The notes under the pieces: model-generated
The model's input: the letters and a program-made list of their open reading frames with translations, nothing else
Told to the model about the DNA's origin: nothing
Database searches by the model: none
Shown: positions 25,639 through 38,529 of the stretch, piece by piece
Layout of the letters: each line of letters begins with the position of its first letter
Position numbering within the stretch: the stretch's first letter is position 1
Position numbers and translations under genes: made by a program
Assembly: GCF_006345805.1 (NCBI RefSeq)
Contig: NC_043002.1
Location: 41,602,001 to 41,666,000, forward strand
Reading direction: 5' to 3'
Length of the DNA stretch: 64,000 nucleotides
DNA from: Octopus sinensis
Taxonomy: Eukaryota

Positions 25639-26023
25639 TCTCTCTCTATATAAACGGCAGTTTGTCTGTGCGTGTTTCTGTGTGTCTGTTTGCTTGTACC
25701 CTCACCCTGACCACTGCTTTCAACCGATTCTGATGAAACTTGACACACACATAGCCCAATGTCATAATTCAAAACTAACGCAGCGAAAATTTTGAAAAGT
25801 TCCCCCAGTTCTGAAAAAAATCGATAAATTCGACATGGGGTCGAGAATCAGAAACACAAACCACAGACTGTCTAGGGGACGCAACTCGACCTTTTTTAAC
25901 TCTCAAAAAAAAATTACCATAATTTTTTTTCCATTTTGTTGCTATTTTTTGGCTATAACTCTCTAAAAATGCTTTATAGTTATTTTCTTTACAAACCTGA
26001 GCAACGCCGGGCGATACTGCTAG
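25639..26023 (+). mobile_element. Non-autonomous Helitron (rolling-circle), young, inserted in a family A SINE head
   Basis: A|TC 5' end, (TCTG/TGTG)-like subterminal repeat, ACCGATTCTGATGAAACTTG motif, 3' CCTGAGCAACGCCGGG hairpin, CTAG|T end, no TSD. Confidence 0.85.
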
Positions 26024-27140
26024 TATGGTTATAAAACAAACATTTTAACTATATTGACATGATTTCACTTTTTCAGCAGTATGCTTAATTTTAACTACCT
26101 CAGTTTACTGATGATCAATTTGGATTGTTCTTGAGATAGACTGGTATCCATTTCAGTAAACAAGTCTATTTTTTATCTGCTTAACATTGACTTACTGGAG
26201 TTGAAGACATGTTTTAAAAACTTCTTAAGCTTTGGAGACATTTTCATTTGCTATTCATCTTGAATTTCATATTGGCACTACATTGTCCATAATGGATACA
26301 CTTAACTATTTAGCATTTAAACTGGCCATATCTGGTCCAAATATTCTACCTGTTTTGTGTTCAAACTAGTCAGATCTAACCTCTCAGATCTACCCTACAA
26401 TATCATTCTAAAATTAAACAATCACATCACCAAAATCTTCAAGCTACAATGTAGGTGCACGATTGATTCAAAATTATGTGAATAAATAATCATTACAGTT
26501 GACGGTAATTCTATTGCTAAAGGATCAAATCATATTGCCTCTGTTGATAGTGATGAGAGAGGTTCTGGTTTACTGGAAATAGTAGAGGAACAGTATGAAA
26601 TAGCAAGTGTAATGAATAGTCAGCTTGTAGATTAGGTCCTCCATCAGGCTACTAGAGAGATAGATATAATAAGTAGTATTATTCTAGATAGGCCCCCTGA
26701 AAACTGGTACATTGCTAGTTCCTCTAAGAATTATATGTGGGAGGACTTCTCATTCATTCAATCAATACCACATGAGCTCATAGTTTTGTTTTAAGGAATG
26801 TATTATTTCTCTAGAAATTATTACATTTCTAATGTGTTTTCTGTTTTGCTTAAATCTTTATGAAACCACCCCAAAAAGAAACAAAACAAGTAAACACACA
26901 CACACACATAAAACGAAAGAAGATATAGAGTGGAAGAGATGAAAGTACTTGAGTATTTTGTTTCCAAGTATTTGTTGTCTCTTTTGTTTAGTATTACAGT
27001 CATTGTTTTCTGCACAAACAACATATTACTCTTATGCCATAGACTATATACTCACGTCTCTTTTATGTTCTATCCAATCTCTGCCTAACCAATGCCACTT
27101 GTAAGCTGAAATTGTTTTTATACTTATTCTCGTTTTATAG

Positions 27141-27165
27141 AAAGCTTCCATCCACCATCACATCG
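27141..27165 (+). other. Candidate micro-exon (25 nt, xSFHPPSH-R)
   Basis: Acceptor TTTTATACTTATTCTCGTTTTATAG, donor CG|GTATTA. Splices in frame to 27269-27290. Confidence 0.25.
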
Positions 27166-27268
27166 GTATTAGTTGATACTGTTGTTATTGTTATTGTAGT
27201 TGCAACTGACAAATTCTTGACAGCTTAAATTGTTAGGTTTGTTGATTTTTCATGTTATTTCTTCTAAG

Positions 27269-27290
27269 AGCTGCGCTGAAGAGTGAAAAG
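27269..27290 (+). other. Candidate micro-exon (22 nt, R-AALKSEK)
   Basis: Acceptor TTTTTCATGTTATTTCTTCTAAG, donor AAG|GTATGG. Only one frame is open. Confidence 0.3.
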
Positions 27291-27930
27291 GTATGGGTAG
27301 GGTGTGTGTGTGTGTGTATTATTTATCTTTCATTCTGGTTTATGTATGGACATGAGTGCTTTGTTAGTAGTGTTGGTGTGAAGATGTAATTACATAACAC
27401 ATCTTGCATGCACACACGTGTACCACACACACGAACTCAAACACATACATATTCACATATCCAAACGCACATATACATAAATGCACACAAAGGAACGAAA
27501 ACAAAAAAAATAAAATAAGCAGATAAAAAGTAAAACAGAATTAAGTGACTTAATTTTCTTGGTATGTTACAAAATTAAAAACAAAAATTGTTTGTTTGTA
27601 ATTCACCCACTGTTTATGTAAAATAAATTAAGAATTAGGCGAGATTCAACAACGTTGAAAAGCCCCGCTAAACGTTCCGCTATAAATCTAATTTTGTTCC
27701 CTCGATGCAGATATGTTCTTGGTAAAAGTTTTAAAATAATTGGTCTATTTAACCGGTAATGTAGCAAAAATTACATTCTGTGTTAATGATCCCTTTCTTT
27801 CTTTTTTCCTTCCTTCCTTCTTTTTTTTCCTTTTCTTCCTTCTTTCTCAATTATAGTGTTAATTATTTGAGGAAAAAGGAAATGTCAGCGCATATTCACA
27901 TCACACACACATACACACGTATACTTTTAT

Positions 27931-28901
27931 TCTTTTAGTTGCCTCAGTCATTAGACTGAGGCCATGCTGGAGCAACGCCTTAAAGGGTTTTCTTTTTTTT
28001 TTTAGTTGAAGAATTCAACCTGAAGACTTATTCTTTGTAACCCTAGTACTTATTCTATCAGTCTCTTTTGCTGAACTGCTAAGTTACAGGGATGTAAACA
28101 CACCAACATTGGTTGTCAAATGATGATGAGGGGACAAACATAGATACAAACACACACTCACACATGTATATGACTGGCTTCTTTCAGTTTTCATCTACCA
28201 AATCCACTCACAAGGCTTTGGTTGGTCTGAGGCTATAGTAGAAGACTCTTGCCCAAAGTGTCATGCAGTGGGACTGAACCCAGAACCATGTGGTAGGGAA
28301 GCAAACTTCTTACCACACAGCCATGCTTGCACCTATATGCACACAGCCACACCTGCACCTGTTTATATCTTATTATCTTTTACTTGTTTCAGTCATTGGA
28401 CTTGCTAAGGCACTACCTTGAGAGGTTTTACTCAAACGAATCGACCCCTGTACTCATTTTCAAGTCTGGTATACATTCTATTATGTGGTTATCATTTATC
28501 TTTTACTTGTTTCAATCATCAGACTGTGGCCATGCTGGGGCAACAACTTGAAGAATTTTTAGTTGAATGACTCAACTCCACTACCCATTCTTTTTTTTCT
28601 TTTTTCTTTTTTTTGAAGCCTAGCACTTATTCTATTGGCTTCTTTTGCCAAACTGCTAAGTTATGGGGATGTTAACTCACCAACATCGGTTGTCAAACAG
28701 TGGTAGTGGTGGGTAAACACTGACACAAACACACACACACATGGTTTCTTTCATTATCCTTCTATCAAATCCACTCACACAGCTTTGGTCAGCCCAAGGC
28801 TATAGTAGAAGACCACTGGCCCAAGGTGCCTCACAGTGGGACTGAACCAGGAATAATGTGATTGGGAAGTAATCTTCTTACTACACAACCACACTTACAC
28901 C
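27931..28901 (-). mobile_element. Cluster of family A SINEs (two full-length plus fragments)
   Basis: Matches at 27931-28333, about 28375-28470 and 28497-28901. Confidence 0.85.
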
Positions 28902-29781
28902 TATTTTATGTATTATTTTTTTTTCCATTAAAATCAACACCAGTTGTGTCATGAAACTTGAGTAAAAGTAATATCTATTTCCTAAAGAAAAATATATTAA
29001 AAAAAACAATAGCAACAACACCAAAAAGCCATGCAAATAAATAATCAGATGGACCTGTGGTCTTATGGCAGACTTAAGAAAGTAAACCTCTTGTACTTAA
29101 GCCGCAAACTTAATTCAAGTTGTGTCAGTCACAGTAAATAAGTAACTCCGTGTAAGCAGATAAGTTTATTATTTTCTTGTTGAGCTTCTTGCAATATTAC
29201 GCAATCTATAGGAAATGGTATGGAAGATGGAATTTCTAAAAGCACAACCGTTGTGACAAGCTTTGAACTGAAGAACAATTGGAAAACTTGAGATTCATTC
29301 CGATTCGTATTATGATTCGATATTAAAGTTTTAAATGTTGCACTGTATTGAGTAAGGACAATGAAAAATGAATAATTTATGTCACATAAAGCTGCTTTGT
29401 CTTCCACTTTTGTCAGTGTTATGTAATTTTCACTCTCTCTCCCTCTCCATATATATTTCTGTTAACATATGTGTGTGTGTGTGTGTGCGTATTTGTATCT
29501 ATGTATGTACGTATGTATATATATCTGGATGTGTGTCTATATATCTGTATATATGCATCTGTGTGTGTATATATATATATATATGTGTGTGTGTGTAATT
29601 TAATAAACACAGGATTTAAATGTGAGCTATTATAAATTTCATGTTCTCATCCTACATTAATCAGACAGACTTGTATAGTGCACCCTATACTATCCTGCAA
29701 TCTTTCAGGCTCAGAATAAATCCTTGTGTATTTTGTTGCTGACCTTACTAATAATGAAATGATACACTATACATATGTATG

Positions 29782-29825
<44 letters not shown>

Positions 29826-30063
29826 TGTATATATGTACACGCTCATGTCCATATGTGGGTGTATGGTTAAGAAGTTTGCTTCACATATGCATGGTTTTGG
29901 GTTCAGTCTCCCTATGTAGTACCTTGGGCAAGTGTCTTCTACTCAAACCCAGTTCAACCAAAGCCATGTGAATGAATTTAGCTGATGGAAACTGCAAAAG
30001 ATGTTACGTTTATGTATTTGTTTTGGAAAATTCTTGATATGAAATTGTGTGTTGAAACAGATA

Positions 30064-30284
30064 TTGTTATACTTGGGGATGGTCATTTTTTGCCAATTAA
30101 ACACATGTACTATATGCCACAGAAAAACAAAATGGAATAAGTAGAACAAGAGGAGGCACATGGGATAGAGAGTTGCTGAAGAGGTCACAGGATGTGTGAC
30201 GAAAGAGCTTTGACAATGAAACGAAGACCAATAATATAGTGCATTAATTTAATTGGTAAAATGTGACCATCCCCAAGATAACAA
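30064..30284 (+). mobile_element. Fold-back element with about 51-bp inverted repeats enclosing a hammerhead motif (Penelope pseudo-LTR-like)
   Basis: 30064-30115 is the reverse complement of 30234-30284 (about 80% identical by eye). Confidence 0.65.
30172..30214 (+). ncRNA. Minimal type I hammerhead ribozyme motif
   Basis: GTTG-CTGAAGA-G-GTCAC-aggatgt-GTGAC-GAAA-GAGC-TT-TGAC. Intact core boxes, perfect 5-bp stem II, vestigial stem III, 4-bp stem I with two G-U pairs. Confidence 0.65.
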
Positions 30285-30959
30285 AAGAAGTTGCCATATG
30301 TTTGTGTGCGCTCATGTTTCCCTGTATCTTGGCATCATGCACTAAGTCATAAATAGGTTTCATTTTCATACAGATGACAACATTCGTTTGAAATCTTTCG
30401 TGGAACCTTGTTTTGGATGAGAGTAAAATATAACCTTATTTGAGAACAAGTGAGGGTTAGCAACAAGAAGAACATCTGACCAAAGAAAATTTGTGTCAGT
30501 GAATCTTGTCTGATTAAGAGAACTTGATGCTAATTAACAAGAATGATGATGATGACAACATGGGGAAACTCAAAGTAGATAAAGATATTTACATGATATT
30601 ATTTATAGCTTTAACTGTTTCAAGTTTCATTGTTCCAAAACAGAATTATTTCATGTCCCTTGAAATTTCTAAAATTCCTATGATATCAACATTATATCTC
30701 GTCATTTCTCGCTATCACCAATTGTGGGCTTGTGGAAGAATGGCCATCAGAATAAGATAACTGCCTCCATAGTGTTCAATCTCCAGAGCTGGTGATATGT
30801 CCTCCTGGTCACTTGTTGAGGATTCAGAGGTTGCCTCCTCCCATCTGAATCTATGTTGTTGGATATTTCTCATATTTGTTTCATCTGCCAGACATATCCA
30901 TGTTGGCTTAGGGCTTGCTGGATGAAGGTATTAATTTTGGTGCTTTCCCTCTTCTAGAA

Positions 30960-31147
30960 CAGTGCTCCTGCAACTGGTATGCTGCAGCACACTGATGTAC
31001 CACAAAATGATGCTAGGTGTACCACAAAATGGTGCTGGGTGTACCTGAATATAATTTTTTTCCTTATACTTATTTATTCTATTTTTAGTTCAGGTGTGCC
31101 ACCAAATTTTGAAAGAAATATAAATGAAAAAAAGTTGCAGAGCACTG
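30960..31147. mobile_element. hAT-Charlie MITE
   Basis: TIRs CAGTGCTCCTGCAACT / AGTTGCAGAGCACTG. 8-bp TSD TTCTAGAA / TCCTAGAA (7/8 match, NTCTAGAN type). Confidence 0.75.
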
Positions 31148-31260
31148 TCCTAGAATGATTGCTTTCACCTCAGCTATGGGCCACAACCTACCCTTAAAAA
31201 AAAATCTGTTTAACCCATGATTGGACTGACAATGCACATGCACACATGCACACACACACA

Positions 31261-31304
<44 letters not shown>

Positions 31305-31582
31305 GAAGTCTGGACATTCTTCTTGGACGTCTACACGTTCTGTGTAGCGATGATAGTGAAGCCACTTGACTGAAATTCTTTCTTAACTGCACTGGAACTT
31401 AGCTATTTCTAACACTGTTATATCACCTAAAGGCTATTTTTGGTAACACTCTTATATCACCAAAAGACTATTTTTGGTATCATATGTACCACATTGGTAG
31501 GAATCAACAGCTGGCATTTCAGAGGGGTTTTTTTTCCTTTTTTTTTCTTTGGTCTTGGTAAAGTTAATAGAATAAAATCAAG

Positions 31583-31742
31583 CTTTTGCTTGTTTCAGCC
31601 ATTGGACTATGACCATGCTGGGCATCAACCCTTCCTAGTATTTGTTTTTAAGTCTGGTACTTATTCTATTGATCTCTTTTGTCAAACTGCTAAGTTATGG
31701 GGAATGTAACCAAAACAACACCACTTGTCAAACAGTGGCAGG

Positions 31743-31791
<49 letters not shown>

Positions 31792-31925
31792 CATGATAGG
31801 CTTCCATACAGTTTCTGCCTACCAAATTCACTCACAAGGCATTGGTTGTCAGCCCAGTGCTGACCAATGCTTTGTAGCACACAGTGGAGCTGAAATCAAA
31901 ACCAATCTTTTTAACTACATAGCCA
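31583..31925 (-). mobile_element. SINE family A
   Basis: Tail, (CA)n and degraded head. Confidence 0.8.
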
Positions 31926-31934
31926 TGGCACTGG

Positions 31935-32285
31935 CATGAGTGCATTTAATGTGGCACCAGCATCTGCAAGGGACATGTCTGTGTGTATGGATGGCCATGA
32001 TTTTACTTAGCTTGATATGTTTTCTCGAGTACAGCAAATCACCAAAAGTCCTGGTCCCTTGTCATCTCAGTGAGGCTTAGTGCCTGAAGATCCTTTCTCA
32101 CCACTTCATCCTGGTCCCTTATCTCAATGAGGCTTAGTGTCTGAAGATCCTTTCTCACCACTTCATCCTGGTCCCTTGTCATCTCAGTGAGGCTTAGTGT
32201 CTGAAGATCCTTCCTCACCACTTCATCCCATGTTTTCCTGGATCTACTCCTTTCACAGGTTCCCTCCACAATGTCTGAATAAAAG
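31935..32285 (-). mobile_element. RTE LINE ORF2 C-terminus and UTR start, with an internal triplication
   Basis: ORF 32039..32323 reads VEGTCERSRSRKTWDEVVRKDLQTLSLTEMTRDQD, with the DEVVRKDL..RDQ segment present three times. Confidence 0.85.
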
Positions 32286-32496
32286 ATGGGATGGTCATAG
32301 CTGGTAGGGCTGCCTTTGACCATGACATCTGCTTTGTCAGGGCTGACCTGGGGCTAAACAACAAGAACAAAAATATAAGCATTAGAAGAAAGCAAATTAT
32401 CAGTGGCTTAGCCTCGTTAGTCAGGTTGCATAAATGAAATAGTACCAACCTCACTCCTATACCATGTCTTATGCATTATTTAATTTCTGCATCTTT

Positions 32497-32884
32497 TATC
32501 TCTTACTTATTGCAGTCATTTTACTGTGACCATGCTGCAGCACTGCTTTGAAGGGTTTTAGTTGAGCAAATTGACCCACAGTAGTTAGAGGGATGTAAAC
32601 ACACCAACACCAGTTGTTAAGTGATAGTGGGGGACAAAGACACGCACATGTTGGTAAGTGTGTGTGTGACTACACACACACATACACATATATGTATATA
32701 TATATATATATGATGAGCTTCTTCCAGTTTCTGTCTACCAAATCCAGTCACAAGGCTTTGGTCAGCCTGAGGCTATGGTAGAAGACACTTGCCCTAGGTG
32801 TCACACAGTGAAACTGAACTCAGAACCATGTTCTTGGGAAGCAAGCTTTTTATAAGCTTCTTATCACACAGCCATGCCTGCGCC
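32497..32884 (-). mobile_element. SINE family A, full length
   Basis: Family A match. Confidence 0.85.
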
Positions 32885-34507
32885 TATATTAATAAGTCAG
32901 GTAATAAATTAATTACTGTATTGATTAGCTTTTTCAATATTAACATTAGATTTCATTTTTAATATTCATTTATATATATATATATTTTTTGTTTTTATTT
33001 CCTAATTGCTCTTAATAGCTGAAGAGTTTAGCAGTGGCTCAGCTGAGTCAATATTTTGTTAAAAGAAATTTCATGTATGTTTAGAGCAGTTACTATTTAT
33101 GTTAAAGGAAGTTCATTAATTGATGGTGTTAATATAAATATTCTTTTGACATTGCTGGCAGGATGAAATATTGGAATTTATTTGGTTTTTTGTTTTTGTT
33201 TTGTTTTAAAAATTCATTCTTAACTTGTATTGAAAGCGTGAGTAAATTATTTTTTGCTGTTTTGTTTACATGGTTCAGGTATCAAAGGTTGGAGAACAGA
33301 GCACAGGTGTTAGAGGGCTAAATTTCAGATGTTTTATATTTAGTTTATTGTTTCTTATGTCTGGGTTTAAAAAAAAAAACAATCTACTTTTATTGGCCTT
33401 AGGTATTCATTCATACCTTGTAATTATTCTTTATGCATGTAAATAAAATACCAGCAATATAAATAAGTTAAAAGTTAACACTTTCTAAAATAACATTGGT
33501 GGTACTTAACTCTGATTTCTATTGGATAAGAGTTATATCTTCTCCTGGATAGGAAGCCTGTTACCTATGCATGACTCATAGCAATGCTATCTGAGTCAAT
33601 GTAAAATTAATTGCTGGCATGGCTGTGTGGTTAAGAAGTTTGTTTCACAGTTTCATGATTCCAGGTTCAATCTCACTGTGCAAGTCTTTGAGCAAGTGTC
33701 TTCAATCATTTTTGGGTTAACGGATTTCTTATGATTGAAATTTGCCAGACTGAAACAACAGAAGTCCATCACCTACATTTATGCATGTATATATGTGTAT
33801 ATCTTTCACTGATGTAAATTGTTGAATTTTTTTCATCTCAGTAAGAAAACTGCATGCATTTCACCCATGTTGCATAGAAGCTTTTTTCCTTGTCACCTTG
33901 CTATTTTAGAAATACTGTGAACCAATCAATGTATAGCACATCAAACCTTGCAACATATGATAGTTTTGTTCACAAAATTCTTATCTTTAAAATTAAAAAA
34001 TTATAAAATAGGCATTCAGATTCCAAAACCTAAACCCTTATATCATCCATGTGCTGGTATTCATAATATATTATCCACTTGGTCATTTAGGCTTTTACTA
34101 AATTTGGAGGCATTTAGAACCAAGTGTATTTGCTCAATTATACAATTATACAACCTAACACCTTTCTGTAGATTTTAAATTCATGAGCTGAGAGCTAGTA
34201 AGTCCAATACATTATCATTCATCTTCATCTATGTCATTTTTAAGTTCTGTTAATAGAGGGACTTAGTCATTTTGAATTGGTGCCAGTATAATACAGATAT
34301 ATTTACAATTGCTTACAATTCATTGAGCCCTAGTCTAACGAAGAGTTAATCATAACATGTGGACTGTGATGAAGAACGGTACCATTACTTAATGTTACAC
34401 ACACACACACACACACACACTGGGGTCGATTTGTTCAACTAAAGGCAGTGCTCCAGCATGGCCACAGTCAAATGACTGAAACAACTAAAAGAATAAAGGA
34501 ATATATA

Positions 34508-34540
<33 letters not shown>

Positions 34541-34772
34541 CATCATCATCATCTATGTTCTTCAGTTGAGAAAAATGTTTTTTTTTCTCTAGTTTTTAAG
34601 TTGGGAAGTTTATGTTTAATCTCAGTGGAAGGAAGAAGAGAAGAGCATTCATGTTTTATCATGAGATCCTTTATTATTACCAGAATGTGTGTGTTTGTAT
34701 GTATGTATGTACATATATTTATATTTTCATATTCATGCATTTTATTTATATATATATATATATATATAATAT

Positions 34773-34807
<35 letters not shown>

Positions 34808-36081
34808 TCATATTCATGCATTCTGTCTTCTTAGTCCTCTTTCCAGCCCTGCAAATGTAAAATATTAAGTAATTTGTTGCTAAACTTCTCCACTTCACAT
34901 CCTTCTATCATTACACAAACTTTGTGTTTATGCCAACTCTTGTATGAGTAAAGAATGGGTGGCTGAGTGGGGCTTACTGACATAATATGTATGAATGAGA
35001 GAACTACTGGATTGGTAAATGTATCAGCCTTTTAATTTGTATACCCACTTATGTCTCAAAAGTTCCCCATTCCCTACTTTTTTTCTTTATTTGGCTGAGT
35101 CATTAGGGTATCAGACGAAACACTTTTCTGATATTTACCTGAGTACCTTGCATTCTGAGTCCCAATTCCACCAAAACCAACTTTGTCTTTCATCATTCTG
35201 GAGCTGATATAATACCAGTCTTGAGCAGTCAACTGACAGTATAATTTCCAGCTCTTTATGTTCCGAGTTCAAATCCTTCTGTGGTTTGCTTAGGTGAGGG
35301 GTTTAATCTGTTACCTGCTTAATGAATGTGCCTTCTTAATGAATGAACCAGTGTCTCCTTCATATATGAGCACACTGAGCAGTCTCCCAAAGGCTCCACA
35401 GGTCTCAGGGCCCAACATTAATTTTTATACACTGTTGTTGTGTATATAGGGGTCCCATTGCATTGCTTTGCCAAAATCTGGGTGACTATAATGTTCTTAA
35501 GAGAACTTAGTGATGAGCTGGTCCTTTAGGTACCTTTAGTGGTTTCCATTCTGTTACAAGCATTTGGTTATTTTAGTTAGGTCTTCTGTCTGAACAGAAC
35601 TTCCTCTCCCTTTCTCTCTCCCTCCATTAATCTCACATACCCTGTGATGGATCATTGGCACTGACCTTCTCTCTGGCTTAAGAGTTAAAAAAAAGAGTGC
35701 TCCAGTATGGTCACAGTTTAATGACTGAAATAACTAAATAAAAGATAAATGCTCACCACTTCTCAAATTGGGGAAAGTTTAGCACTATTAGACTGTGAAC
35801 ATGATTAGGCACCACCTTGGTCTCTTTTGCAGAACTGTTCAGTTACAGGGCTGTAAAGACGCTAGCATCAGTTATCATGTGGTTGTGAGGGGACAGACAC
35901 TAACACAAAGACATGCGTGCACACACACACACACACACATACACATACATACATGAGTGTGAGTGTGCGTGTATTTATATATATATAAATGATTGATTAG
36001 TTCTCTCACAATACTGCCAGTCGTGTTTGTGGATTGAAATACCAGGTCATTTGTTTCTTCACATTACACACACACTCACAC

Positions 36082-36147
<66 letters not shown>

Positions 36148-37884
36148 CACTCACACACTTATGTATAAATAAATATATATATGACAGGCTTCTTCCAGTT
36201 TCCATCTACCCAAACCTACAAGGCTTTTGTTGGCCTGAGGCTATAGAAGACACTTGTTTAAGGTGCCATGCAATGAGATTGAACCTGGAACCATGTGGTT
36301 GGGAAGCTTCTTACTACTACACAGCCATGCCTCTGCCTAAACGTGTTGAAAGCTCCTTCTCAACTGTTCAACTTGTGAACTGGCTTTGGATTTCCTGACA
36401 CAAAGTTAAGCAAGTTACAGTTGGTCTTCTTTGAAGCCAACAGGTTTAAAAAAAAGAAAGAAAAAAAACAACACAACATAGAAAACGTAAAAAAAAAAAA
36501 AAGGTAAACAACTATTTCCATGTGTGTATTGATAAATAAATGCCTCTCCTTTGGTGGGGGCCTCAGTTCTTCTCCTTTCCCTTCCCCATGATGTCATTCT
36601 TCTGGCAGCTGAAAGGATTTTTTCTAGGGTTGACCTGGTTATAGAAGTAGATTTGGAAAGAAAGAAAGAGATAGGCAGGGAAAACATAAGAGACATTACA
36701 AACACATATGCTTACACTGTAAAGAAATCTGAACAAACTTAATTTTCTGGTCATGTTGAAAATAGCAAATATAGATGTTGAACATCTGTAGAATCACCAA
36801 CATGATCATCACCATCATCACTATAGCTTTTTTTGTTTTCTATCTTGTGTTTAAGGGAGGGAAAAAGTTATTCTTCAGTTAAAAAAAAAAAAGAAGTAAT
36901 CAAAACCAAAAAATTTTATTTTTTTACAGGTGTTAACGAGAAAGCTGCTCTAAAATTAAATTGATGTTTCAAATAAAATAAGATTTTTTTTGTTTTATAA
37001 ATTTGAAAATATAGAAATTTTTTTGTTTTTAAATATCCTTTTCTAGTTTATAAATCAATGCATTTTTTTTAAAAAATGTATTTTAAAAGATACATTTTGT
37101 TGAATTTTATAGGTTTTTCTTAGGTTTAAATAAATAATTAGAAGCATTAGGAAAAAAAAAAAAGAAAGAAAAAGGAAAAAGAAAGAAATTAATAGCTTTT
37201 TAAATAATTTCTGTCTCCTGAAAATGAAATTGATGAGATGCCATTTCAGTAGTTTAAAAGATGCTCACTAGAATATTAAATTAAATAAAGGAAATAAATT
37301 AAAAAATTTTTTTTAAATGACAAATGGTAACTTTATACATGTTTAGTCTGCAGTTGTAATATTTTGAGTAGTAAAGTTGAGCTGGTATCAGTTTACAGGC
37401 TAAAGGAAACTGAAAGAAGTCTATCATTTATGTGTATGTGTGTGTGTAAAATAAGCACAATTGGTGCTTAAAATTTACAACTGCTGTTTCTGTGGCATTT
37501 TATTTATTGTAGTCATAAAAAATTACATTATAATAGACGATCCACAATCATATATTGGGCTAGCTCAACAAATATAGGAACTGATGATGGTGGATTGTAT
37601 ATTATGATATAATCTTTTATGACTTCTTCAAATAAAATACTACGAAACAGCTGTTGCAAATTTTAAATGCCTTTTGTATTTTTTTTATACGTATGTCACA
37701 CCAAGGACACACTGAGTTGGGTCTGCAGTTATAAATTGGATTTGCTTATTGCATATCTATAGTATCCTGCCAATACTCTTTGATTTATTTCACTGTGTGC
37801 TTTATATGATCGTACCTAGCCACTTTTGGCATCCTACTGGTTGGTGTGCCTTCATTCTCAAGAATTCTCAGAACCAAATCATAT

Positions 37885-38030
37885 ATATATAGTAGCTTGC
37901 TAACCAACCACATGGTTCCGGGTTCAGTCCCATTGCGTGGCATCTTGGGCAAGTGTCTTCTGCTATAGCCCCGGGCTGACCAATGCCTTGTGAGTGGATT
38001 TGGTAGACGGAAACTGAAAGAGGCCTGTCG

Positions 38031-38067
<37 letters not shown>

Positions 38068-38267
38068 TTGTGTGTCTGTGTTTGTTCCCCTAGCATTGCT
38101 TGACAACCGATGCTGGTGTGTTTACGTCCCCGTCACTTAGCGGTTCAGCAAAAAAGACCGATAGAATAAGTACTGGGCTTACAAAGAATAAGTCCCGGGG
38201 TCGATTTGCTCAACTAAAGGCGGTGCTCCAGCATGGCCGCAGTCAAATGACTGAAACGAGTAAAAGA

Positions 38268-38270
<3 letters not shown>
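37885..38270 (+). mobile_element. SINE family A, near full length, young
   Basis: CpG-rich family A match. Confidence 0.9.
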
Positions 38271-38305
<35 letters not shown>

Positions 38306-38529
38306 ATCCATCCCTCTCTTTCGGAGAGGCACTGAGCAGCTATACGCACACATACACACACGGCAGTAACTTCCACCTACCGAATTCAATCACAAAGCTC
38401 CGGTCGGCTCGGGGCTATAGTGGAAGACACCTACCCAAAGTGCCACGCAGTGGGACTGAACCCGAAACCATGTAGCTAGGAAGCAAGCTCCATAACCACA
38501 CAGCCATGCCCACATATATATATATATAT

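Noticed and set aside
26518-26794. About 90 codons with a single stop on the + strand
   Set aside because: No recognisable motif; such runs are expected occasionally across six frames of 64 kb.
27275-27295. CTGAAGA-GT-GAAA hammerhead boxes
   Set aside because: There is no room for stem II.
36930-36965. Possible terminal exon (TTTTTTACAG|GVNEKAALKLN*) followed by AT-rich UTR-like sequence
   Set aside because: Good acceptor only; the peptide is too short to support, and AATAAA-like motifs are ubiquitous here.
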